From an uncultured Gammaproteobacteria bacterium (GTDB taxonomy: Bacteria; Patescibacteriota; Patescibacteriia; UBA10025; JAHIVO01), in NCBI GenBank assembly GCA_964628855.1, contig CAZVMV010000004.1, forward strand, positions 5,254-69,253: a stretch of 64,000 bases of DNA, written 5' to 3'. The notes below the pieces were generated by a model that saw only the letters and a list, made by a program, of their open reading frames with translations, was not told the origin of the DNA and did not search any database. Shown one piece after another: positions 22,901 through 34,900 of the stretch (positions are counted from its first letter, which is position 1; every line of letters starts with the position of its first letter). Position numbers and translations under genes: made by a program.

Positions 22901-25900
22901 AATTCCTTGCCGGTGGAAATTTCACTTTCCAGAACATAATCTTCAACGGTCAGGACAGTGGCACTCGGGTCGTCCTGACCTCCTCCACTACCTCTGCCTG
23001 GAACATCATCGTAGCTGGTACGCGAAGCGTCCTAAATACCAGCGTCTCATATTCCACGGCTAGCGCCTCATATGCCAATATCGACGCTTCCGATGCAAGT
23101 AACTTTGATGCCGGGAACAACATCCGATGGGATTTCAGCGTCAATATTTCCGTCGGCGGCACCATTTACTCAGATGACGGCGGTACTGCCTATAACTGCT
23201 CCTCAAACAACCTCACGGTCAACGTAAAAGTAAACGGCGCAGGGTCCTACACCAGTACATGCACGGCAGCCAACGGCGCATATTCTGTCACTAATATCTC
23301 CGCCGGTGCCGGTACCGTAATTACTGTTTATCTGGATAATGAGACTCCCAACGCCACCCTGGTCACCCGCAGCAACAATGCCAGTATTGCCACGGCTCAT
23401 CTGTACCAGGACAGGATCATTCTCCGCGATGAGGATGGTACTTCAATCAGCAACACCAATCTGGACCAATACGACAGCGGCAACGAAGGAGACACGATTG
23501 ACGGGGATATTGGCTTCACAGTAGCGACTGGCGCGCTAACTGTTTCCAATACCCGCGAACTTCATATCTGGACGGGCAAAACATACACGCCAGGCGGTAC
23601 AGTAACCACAAATCCGAGCGGTACTTACGGCGACCTACATATCGGGTCAGGCTCTACACTGACTATGGCTGCAAACGCCCTGTCCATTGGCGGAAGCTAC
23701 AACAACGAAGGTACATTTTCATATAGCGGGACTCCCACTGTGACCTTTACTGCGACTGATGTTGGACGAGGTATTACGCCCGGTACGGGAAATTTTTATA
23801 ATCTCACATTCAATGGTTCTGGCGGCATCTGGGGCATTGACCAAGGGACAACGCTCACAGTCAACGGTTCAGTAACTGTTACAGCCGGAACATTGTCAGG
23901 TGCAAATGGAAACTTAATAATCAATGGCGGCGGGTTCTCCGGTAATGGATCAGTAAACCTTTCTGATGGGACGATCACCATGAATGCCACGGGAAACTTA
24001 GGCGGCACTACAGCCTGGACCTTGTATAACCTGACAGTAGCCACCGGGAAAACGGTCACCACCGCTGGGTCAGCTACAGTAACAAATACGCTGTCAGTCG
24101 CCGCGACAAACGCCATATCTATTGGAGCAGGCACGACATTGACCCTGACCGGCGGGACTCTAACCTTTGGCGGGACTTTTTCCGGTACAGGAACTTTTGT
24201 ACTGAACTCCACGGCGACAATCCCTGCGACCGGGACCATCTCCTGCCCAGTACGCATCGACATGACCGGCGTGCCAAACGGGTATGACTTCCTGGTAGGA
24301 AGAACGTATGGCAGTAATTTAGAATTATACAGCAACGATACCGTATTAAAACAGGTACACTTTGGTACAGCCGACAGCCAAACTTTCAATATCTCAGGTA
24401 GCCTGTATATCACCGCGGCTAACACCGGGAATATGCAGCTTACTGAATCGTATACTTTGACCATTAATGTTGCGGGTGATGTCGATTTCCTCGGGGCAGG
24501 ATCCGGTACAGAAACCATCACCGCCTGTACCAGCTCAACATGTACCGTCACGGGTAATATTGACTTTACAAACGGCTCTACTGGCGCGCAGGGCAACTAC
24601 ACGATGAATGGGGGATCCGTAAATCTGTATGGCAATAATCAGTCTGTTAGCACACTCACCACTTCTGGGACAGTGACAGCAACTATCGCTTCCGCCATCA
24701 CCACCTCATCATTAATCGTAGGCAGCGGGACAACCGTTAATGCCAACAGCAACGTCACGGTCACCTCAACGGTAAGCGGGGATGGCACACTCACCTACAA
24801 CTCCGGCACCCCAACATTCACCCTGTCCGGGACGGGCAACTTCGGCGGGAGCGGCGCACCAGCCTGGGTTTTCTACAACCTGACCCTATCCACGACCGGA
24901 TCTAATTTTACCACGACCGGCACTGGCACCAACGCCATCACCATTAATAATGTTCTCGAATCTCAATGTGTGGATATAAACTTTGATGAGGCGTGTGACA
25001 GGTACCATGTCTTAAATGCGGGCGGGAAGACCTGGGAATTGGCTGGTTCTGGCACGGCATTCAATAACATGGGCGGATTGACAGCAAGCACGTCGACATT
25101 CCGTTATACAAATGCCACTTCGGTCACTCCTACGGCAACAACCTACAATAACCTGTCGCTGAACCCGGGCAGTGGTACGCCGACTTATACTTTATCAGGC
25201 ACCTACATCATAGGAGGCAATTTGGTAGTTACCTCTAATGTAACGATTACTCCTGGCTCCTCCACAGTTAGGATGACTGGCGCCGGCACATCGGCCGATA
25301 TTCAGGGTAAAACACTTAATAATTTCGAAACGAACGGTACAGCCACGGTAACCCTGTCTTCTGGGATGATTGCCAATGCCAACGTTACTGTCGGCACCGG
25401 CACGACACTAACGGCAAACGGAAATATCACTTTCTTTGGCAACCTCACCGGGGACGGCCTGCTTACGTATAACTCTGGCACGCCCACCGTAACTGTCGGG
25501 CAGGTTCAAAATGCAAGTCATACTATCGGTGGCGCAACAGGGTGGACATTTTACAATCTCACTTTCCAGCATACAGGCAATACTACAGGTGACGTTACAA
25601 CTGCATCCGGTAGCGGTAGCATGACGATTAATAATGTCATGTCAATCAATGGATATGGCAGTTCCTGCGCTTCCAGAGACGGATATTATGACTGTCGGCA
25701 TACGCTTTCAGCAGGTACAAAAACATGGACCATGACCGGTTCGGGTACGCCATTTGCTACTGCAAACGGGGTCTTCACGCCCAACACTTCCACCGTACAA
25801 TACACAGGCACTAATGCTACCACTATAGCGAGCGCTACTGCTGGCGTAGGTTCAATTTCATTCTACAGACTCTATCTCCAACCATCCGGTGCCGGCAATC

Positions 25901-28900
25901 CAACATATACCCTGCCTGCCGCGATGCCGACAATCAGCAATAATTTTCTAATAGGTGACGGCGTTAATGCGGTAACCGTGAGTGGTACCGTGGGCAATCC
26001 CGCGTTCTCCACTGGCGGCAACCTGTCATGCACTGCTGGCGCCACCAATACCATAAATTCCGGCACCGGCATGTGGACGGTCGGTGGTAACTTTGACCTG
26101 CGCAATTGCACCTATACCGCCACCGCCGGCAATACCGTCAGGATGACTGGCAACGGCACCACCCTTTACCACAACAGCACAACGTTGCAAAATTTCCAGG
26201 TCGGTAGCGGCGTCACCGTTAATTCGACCAATGGAAATTTCACGATTGCCGGAAACTTCACCATCAATACTAATGGGGTATTCTCCTCCACGAGCGGCAT
26301 CCTGTCTGTCGGGGGCAATATCACAAATAACGGCTCGTTCAGCCCCAATGCCGGCACTTTAGCGCTCACCACCAGTACCGCTTCATTAATTTCCGGCACC
26401 GCCGGCACCCTGACCTTGGCCAGCCTCTCTGTTTCGGGTATCGGCGCCGCCAAGTCTATCACTGTTGCCAACGGATTTATAATCTCCATAACCAGCACAT
26501 TCACCCTCAATGGTGCCTCTGGCCAGGTCATCAGCCTACAGAGCCAATCCGGCGGCACGGCGTGGGAACTGCAATTGCAGGGCACGGTGACAGCGCAAAC
26601 AGTCCACTACGTATCGGTACAGGATTCCAACGCTTGTAATGGCACGTACCGTGTCCAAGCGTACGACGGCACCAACACAAACGTCAGCAATAATCCCTGC
26701 TGGGATTTCACCTCCATTACCGTAGGCGGCAATTCCAACCAGACCAGTGGCACAGTCAGGGTGGCGCTCGGTGTGGAGCCCCGGCTGGAAACCGGCACCA
26801 TCCAGGCTAATGGCACCTGGTCCGTAACCGTTGGCGCCCCGGCAACCGACACCATGGTCACCTCCTGGATCAGTAGCCGAAATCCCGCAGGCGCGACCGC
26901 TGTCACAAAATATGATGGCGTCGGTAACATCACTGGCATGGTGCTGAACAGCACCACCGTAACCATCGGTAGCGGAGACAACCCGAGTATCACGGCGAGC
27001 GAGCTGGCCGGCGCATACAATGGTCCGACCGACATACTCATCGTTGATAATATCGGACTCTGCACGGGCAACTGCATTGAAATTGACCCGAGCTCTTTTT
27101 ACGCCGATGATACATTTAACATATCGACTGGGACTACTGTCACCTTTACATCAAACGGCACCACGGACCAGCTGAACGCGCATAATGTCGTCATCGGCGG
27201 TACTCTGGCCGCCACAAATAGTCCAAATTTCGATATCTCCGGCTCCTATACTAATAATGGCGTGTTTACTCGCGGCAGCTCAACTGTTTACTTCACCTCC
27301 AGTACTACGGAAACATTGACCGGCACACTCTCTGGCGCGAGCTCATTCTACGCAGTCGTATTCAATAATGGCAGCGGTACATGGTCCAATGGAAGCGCTA
27401 TGGCGGTAGTGGAAAACATGACCATCACTGCCGGCACTTTCAATGCAAACAATAACCTGACGGTGTCCGGTGGCAGCATCGTCGGTAATGGCATACTGTC
27501 ATATGCATCCGGGACGCCAACAGTTACGATCCCCTCAGCCAGCGGCAACTTGGGTGGAGATACCGGCTGGACATTCTACAATCTCCACCTATCAGCCACA
27601 ACTAATTGTGCAGACCGGACAACGACAGCTACTGGTAATGGAGCAATGACTGTTAATAACACCCTAACTATCGACGGACGACTGGATCCCGGAGGACAAT
27701 GTAACTGTAGCGAAGGAGGAGGGGGCGGGCCAAATTGCTACGGACGGCAACTTGCGGCAGGCAATAAAATATGGACACTAGCAGGCACATCTCCTATAGT
27801 AGTGAACGGCGCATTTACTGCAAACACTTCCACCGTCGTATACACATCTGGCAGTGCACTGAATGTGCCCAGCCTGGGATACTACACCCTTCACCTAAAG
27901 CCGGCATCTTCAGCGACCTACACGCTACCCACAACAGGAACTTTCGCAGTCGGCGGGGATCTAGTCATCGGTGATGCAACCCATATTGCAACGGTTACTG
28001 GCGCTACCAACAACCCGACCTTCGCCATCGGCGGAAATATGTCCTGTACGGCCGGCGTCACCCATGTAGTGACTACAGGCACCGGTAACTGGACAGTTGG
28101 TGGCAATGTTGATCTGACTAATTGCGGGACATTCACCGCGACTTCAGGCCATACTTTCACCATGACAGGAACAAGTAAAAACTTCACCAGCGGCGGCAAA
28201 ACAATTCATAATTTTACTACATCTGGCACCGCCAGCGTTACACTCACGACGAACGCAGTAATCGCAAACGGCGACTTTACGGTCAACGCCAACACAACTC
28301 TTTCAGGCAGTCAGAACGTCACGGTCAATGGCGGGGATTTCACCGGAGCCGGGACGGTCAATTTCAGCGGCGGCACCACTACCATCCTAGGCACAGGCAC
28401 ACTAGGCGGCAGCAGTACACCCGACTGGACCATGAGTAATATCTCCCTGACCCAGCCAGCCAGCTGCGCAACAGTATGCGACGCTGGTTGCGCACAAACC
28501 ACCTCCACCGGAGCGGGCGCCGGGAAAATGAACATCACTGGCACTATAACCGGATCGTCATGTTCCTATTCATGCGGCATAGAAGAAACTTGTTACTCAA
28601 ATCACGGTCTCAATGCCGGCACGAAAACTTGGGACTTTACATATAACGGATTGCCGATGAACAACTTAAGTTTCGGCCGCGAGACTTCCACTGTCAGATA
28701 TGTCGGTACGCAAAACATGACTGTCGCGCCTCTAACCTATTACAAACTTTTACTCCAGCCGGCAAGCGGCACACCGGTTTACACCCTGGGCGGACAAATT
28801 TACGCCGGCAACGACCTGACCATAGCCTCTACTCTGAATCTGGCTGAGGGCACCAATTCTGTTTTTGTCGGAGGTATGGGTTCCACCTGCACAGTCGACG

Positions 28901-31900
28901 TTGGCGGACAAACGCTCTATGACCTGCAAACAGGCAGTGGCGGAGCTGATACTATCAACCTGACGTCAGACCTGACAGTCAGTCGATACCTGATAGTGGG
29001 CCAATATGACGCCGATACGCTCAATATCACCTCCGGAAAAACGGCCACGGTCGAAAGCAGTGGCGCAAACGGATCACGCGGATTAATGGGGGACGGCACA
29101 ATTAATGGCGGCACTATCGTATACCGCGACCCTGACATGCTTTTCCCCGACCTGACCATCAACTCTGACTTTATCTATGACTCAGTCAGCGCCAACCAGG
29201 AAATCGGCCCCCGGTCATTCGGCGGCAACCTGACTTTTGAAAATACCGGCGCTTTAGCCCGAGTTGATACTGTAGATGCGGGTACTCACACAGTGAGTGG
29301 AAATTTAGTTGTCCAGTCTACAGGTTCTGGCGGCATTTCTGTCACCGGTGCTTCAGGCAATCCTACGGTCAATGTCACTGGCAACCTCTCTTATGGCGCA
29401 TCCAACAGCAAAACAATTACTACAGGCTCTGGCACCTGGACAGTGTCCGGTGACGTAAATTTCACTAATGGGACATATACGGCCAGCACCAACAACACGT
29501 TGGCCATGAACGGTTCGAGTAAAACCCTGACACCGGCCGGCAACAGCCTTTACAATTTCAACCAGACCGGTGGCAGCGTCGCCCTGTCCGGTACGCCTGT
29601 CACGGTCAGCAATAACTTCACAATTACCAGCGGCGCGTTCACGTCCACATCTGGCACGCTGAATGTTGGCGCGAACTTTTCCAATGCCGGGACATTCAAT
29701 GCTAATACCGGGATTGTAGCCCTGACTTCATCCACTGCCGCGACCATTACAGGTAATACCACTTTCAGCACCCTGCAAGCCAAATCGATTGGCGCCGCGA
29801 AAACAATTTCCTTCACAGGAAATTCAACCACCACCGCTTCGACATTTGATATCGAGGGTTCAAGTGGGAATATTATCACATTACAATCGACTAACAGCAA
29901 TGATTGGCACATTAACTCTGCCTCATCTACTGTCGATTACACTACGGTATCCCATTCATATAATGATGCCACGGACGCTATCTGTGCCAACCATTCCACC
30001 GACGGATTGAATAATACCAACTGGTCATTCTCCTCCGGCGCCAGCTGCGGCCAGCGTCTTTACGGAACTATTTATACAAACGAAGGCACGTCAGCATATA
30101 ATTGCTCCGCCAATAACCTGACGGTGAAACTGGTCGTGAACGGCAATTCCACCCAGACTGCGACATGTACCGGCAGCGGCGGGACATTCAATTCCTATGT
30201 GAGCGGCACTACTGGCCAACCCATTACCGTATACATAGATGGCGAAACCCCAAAAGCCGTGACCGTCTCCAGGTATGGCGCTGATACTACCATCAATGGG
30301 TTTAATTTATACCAAAATGAACTTATCGTCCGGCATGAAGATGCATCGGCCATAACAAATGCCGACCTTGGGACGTATGACTACGACAATGACACGGATA
30401 TTCCCTATACCTCCAACTCAAACAATTTAGTTGTAAATGCTAATACTAAGCTTTATGTTTGGGGCTCTAAAACATTTACGCCTGGCGGAACTGTCACCAC
30501 AGCGGCTTCAGCATCATCGGCAGGCTTGGAAGGTGACATATACATCGCTGGCAGCGCCAATCTCTCCATGGGCTCAAACGCCCTGTCAGTCGGAGGGGAT
30601 TATTACAATGCCGGCTCATTAAGCCACTCTGGGACCCAAACCACCACCTTCACCGCGACCGGAGCGGACTTCTCCATACACTCCAACAGCAGCCCGTTCC
30701 ACAACCTTACTTTCAATGGCTCGGGTGGCGATTGGACTCCCACAGACAGTTTGGCCATCGACAATGACCTGGCCATGACCAATGGCGCACTGCTCGGATC
30801 GCAAAACATCACCCTCGGTGGCTCCGCAACCGGCAGCAGCTCAATAAACCTGTCCGGAGGCACCTTTACGCATACGCCTACCGCCGCCGCAAATTTTGGT
30901 ACAACCTCCGGCAGCACCAACTGGACATTCAGTACGCTGACTTTTAGCAATGCGGTATCTTCTACTCCTACCACGACACTTTCTGCGGGCGGCACCGGCC
31001 AAATAATTGCCACAAGCAATCTAAACCTGACCAATGGGGGCACCTCACTGATCGTCGACGCAACTGCAAATGACCGTATACTTAATGTGGATGGCACAGT
31101 TACCATTGGCGCGGGGACTACCTTACAGTCATCAAACAGCGCCGCTTTCTATGTAGGAAATAATTGGTCAAATAGCGGAACTTTTACGGCCAATGGCGGC
31201 ACTGTTACATTTGACGCCAACACAACCGGCCACACACTGACTGACGGAGGATCAGACTGGGGCAATGTGACATTTAATAATGCCAGCGGAGGCTGGAGTT
31301 TTGCCGATGCCACCACGCTGGCCGGAGACATCACCATGACCGCAGGTACGCTCTCCGGGACAAATAATATCACTGTCAATGGCGGGGATTTCAATGGTGG
31401 AGGCACAGTCACATTAACCGGAGGCGACCTGACGTTGAACGGCGACGGCACATTCTCCGGCAGCAGTAACCAGTGGGAATTCTATGATCTATCATTGGGC
31501 CTGACTGGAGTATGTACCAATGGCAATAACAAAACAACTAATACTACAGGTACCGGAAACATAAAAATTACTAACACCCTTGAGACTGAGGCGTGCAGTT
31601 GCGGCGAATCATGTACTAGTACCCACTACCTAAACGCGGCCAATGGCGGCATTTCGAAAACCTGGGAACTGGCCGGCATCGGCACTCCTATCACCGGATC
31701 CATCTACATGTCCAATGTGAGTACGGAGGATTCCACATTCAAATACACTGGCCAGGGCACAACGAACGTAAGCGGCGTCTTCCATAATCTAGAATTGGCT
31801 ACAACCTCGGGCTCTTCCCAAAATTATAATTTAAACGGGGCGAACATTTATGGAAACTTATTGGTAAACGCAAATACCAATATTGTAGCGGGGACCAGCG

Positions 31901-34900
31901 CCCTGCATATGTACGGCACCGGTACAATCGACGCCAACGACGAAACATTTTATGACTTCTACGTAGATGGCACCGACAATACCGTCACAGTCCAAAATAC
32001 CGGATTTAGTGTTTCCAGGGGTTTCTCAGTTACGGACGGGGAAACGCTATCAATTAATAGTGGTCAGACCGTCACTCATACCGGAAATATTTATCTGCTC
32101 AATACCAGCGGTACGGTATCCGGAGCGGGGACAATGCGGTTCACCGACACTTCCAGCGGCCCGGGTACCGGAGGAACGCTATCTTCAATCGTACGTTATG
32201 ATGCCAGCGCAGGAAATGTCGGCACTTCGACATTTGATGCACGTACCTACGGGAGCGATGTTGAAGCATATTCCAATAGCGCTAACATCCGATCTATTGC
32301 GCTGGCCTCGGGCTCCCAAAATATTACCGGCGACCTAAAAATTATTACCGGCGCCAGCCAAAGTGAGGTCCTGACAGTAAGTGCCGCTGCTAATCCAACC
32401 TTATCAGTCAGGAATATTACCTTTACTACAGGAGGTTCGGCCACACCGGCAATAACCTCTGGCTCGGGCACGTGGACGGCTACCGGGGATGTCAATTTCA
32501 CTAATGGAACATTCACCGCTACGACAGGCAACACCCTGCAAATGAACGGATCAGGAAAATCAATCACCTCTGCTTCACAAAGTTTACAGAACTTTGCCGT
32601 GACTGGCGGCAGTATATCTTCCGCTGATGCCATGGTCGTAGCCGGCACTTTCAGTCTAACTAGCGGTGCCTTTACGCAACATGCCACCAGTAACCTCAGT
32701 GTAGCCCATGACTTCACCTTGCAAAGCGGCACGACATTCACTAAATCGGCGACTAGCGGGAAACTGAAATTCAATGGAGACCTGGTCTATACTGACAATA
32801 ATGCGGTCAAAAAAGACGTCGGGGTAGTGGAAATCGGCGGCTCGCCTGACACGGTCGATCTGGCCAGTGATATGGCCGCCACCTCGGTCACTGTCCTGTC
32901 CGGAGCCAACTCACTGGTTACCAACGGGTATGACGCTGATCTCGGCACGGGCGGTTTGACGGTCAACGGCACGTTGGATGCGACAGATGATGTTGAAACT
33001 GACGGCACGGCCATAAATACGCAAGGAGACGTAACCATTGATGCCGCGGCCACCTTCACTCATGACAATAACGCCACAATAATTTTCGACGCCGCTTCTG
33101 GCACCAATAACCTCATCACAAACGGCAAGCCCCTGTACAACCTCACCATCGATGATGGCGGAGGGAGCCTGGTAGTCGAGGCGGAAGATCCGTTAACAAC
33201 TAATAACAATGTCACTATTACCAATGGCACGCTCGATACAGTGTCCGGGGAAAATAATGCCATCAGTGTGGGCGGCAACTGGACCAACAACGACACCTTC
33301 ACAGTCCGCAGTAGCGTAGTCACATTTAACGGTACTGGCGCGCAAGCTCTGAGCGGCACGATGACCGGCAGCTCCACTTTCAATGAAGTCAATGTCACCA
33401 ATACTGGCGGTACCGTTTCATTAAGCAACGCTTTTGCTGCAACGGGCAACTTCACCATTGGAGCTGGAGCGACTTTCTCCCAGGGGACCAACAACACCAT
33501 GACTTTGACGGGGGACACGGTATTAATTAGCAACACTGGCGCGTTTACAAAAGATGCCGGAAGTGGAATCCTCATTTTGGACGGCGTCTCTGACAACCAG
33601 ACTTTCGAAGATGCAAACGGCACAAAACAAAACCTGGGCAATGTCCAAATCGGCCAGTCACCAGGTAAAACTAAATTAAAGAGTGATTTTGCGGCAACCA
33701 GTTTAACTATTGCCTCTGGAGATACTTTTGAGACTAAGGGCTGGGAAGTCGACCTGTCGGGCGCTCTCGACTGCCAAGGGACTTGCATCCTGGATCTCAC
33801 TGACATTGGCCCTAACAATGAGGGTGACGGCACCATCATTACTCTCGGCGGAAACTGGACCATGTCCGGGACAGGCACTTTCACGCCATCAACCGATTCA
33901 AGGGTTGAACCGGACGGTACTGCAGACCAAACCATCACTACAGGAGGCAAAGCGTTCTGGAACTTCTATGGCAATAATGCGGGAGCGTCGGATGCTGTAG
34001 ACGACATGATTGTTTCGGGCAACCTGACTGTAAATGGCGCCTTGACCGTCAATGACGGCGAGCTTGATCTGGAAACCAACGATCCCACTACAGATATCGC
34101 CGGGGATGTAACCATAAATTCCAACGGCGAACTGAACTCGACAAGCACGGGTACATTTACTGCGGCTGGCGGATGGACAAATGCCGGTACTCTTACCGCC
34201 AATTCAGGAACGATTAAATTTGACGCGCCATCAGGCACGAAGAGTATCAACTCAACCGGGGCTACGACCGCTTCATTCAACAACCTGACCCTGGATGACA
34301 ACGCCGGATCGGCCGTTTTCCAGCAGGGCTCAGCACTGGACGTAAACGGAAACCTGCTGATCACCGGGGGCACGCTGGATACGAACAGCGGATCGAGCTG
34401 GGCTATCACCGTCGGCGGCAACTGGACAAACAACGATACCTTCACGGCCAACTCCGGGACAGTCACGGCAGATGGCGCCTCACAACAAACGTTCAGCGGC
34501 ACCCTTACCGGCTCAACGGGTAAATTTAATAACCTGACAATCACAAATGCATCTGGTTCTGATCCGGACACATCGCCATCAGTAATCTTATCAGGCAATC
34601 TGGAAACGGCCGGCACGTTTACCGCTACGACCGCAAACACAAAATTAAGATTCAATGCCGCCAGTACTTATACCCTGCAAAATATTGACTTCAACGGCCA
34701 GGCTCAGCATACCCGCGTATACCTGCGGAGCTCCTCAGGTGGAAATGCCTGGAACCTGAATTCGGCGGGCACGCGGACCGTCAAGAATACGGACGTGAAA
34801 GATTCGTATGCCTGCGGCCAGCCACCGGATATCGACGGTTCACATGTTTCCAATAAAAATAACGGCGGTAATACATGTTGGAACTTCCAGTCGTTAACAT

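Noticed and set aside
12878-34000. Plus-strand off-frame ORFs within the giant gene (for example 15285-15767, 21686-21937, 31967-32338 and 33710-34000).
   Set aside because: They are short, embedded in the 24-kb frame, and give low-complexity R/H/P-rich translations. They are best explained by compositional bias rather than overprinted genes.
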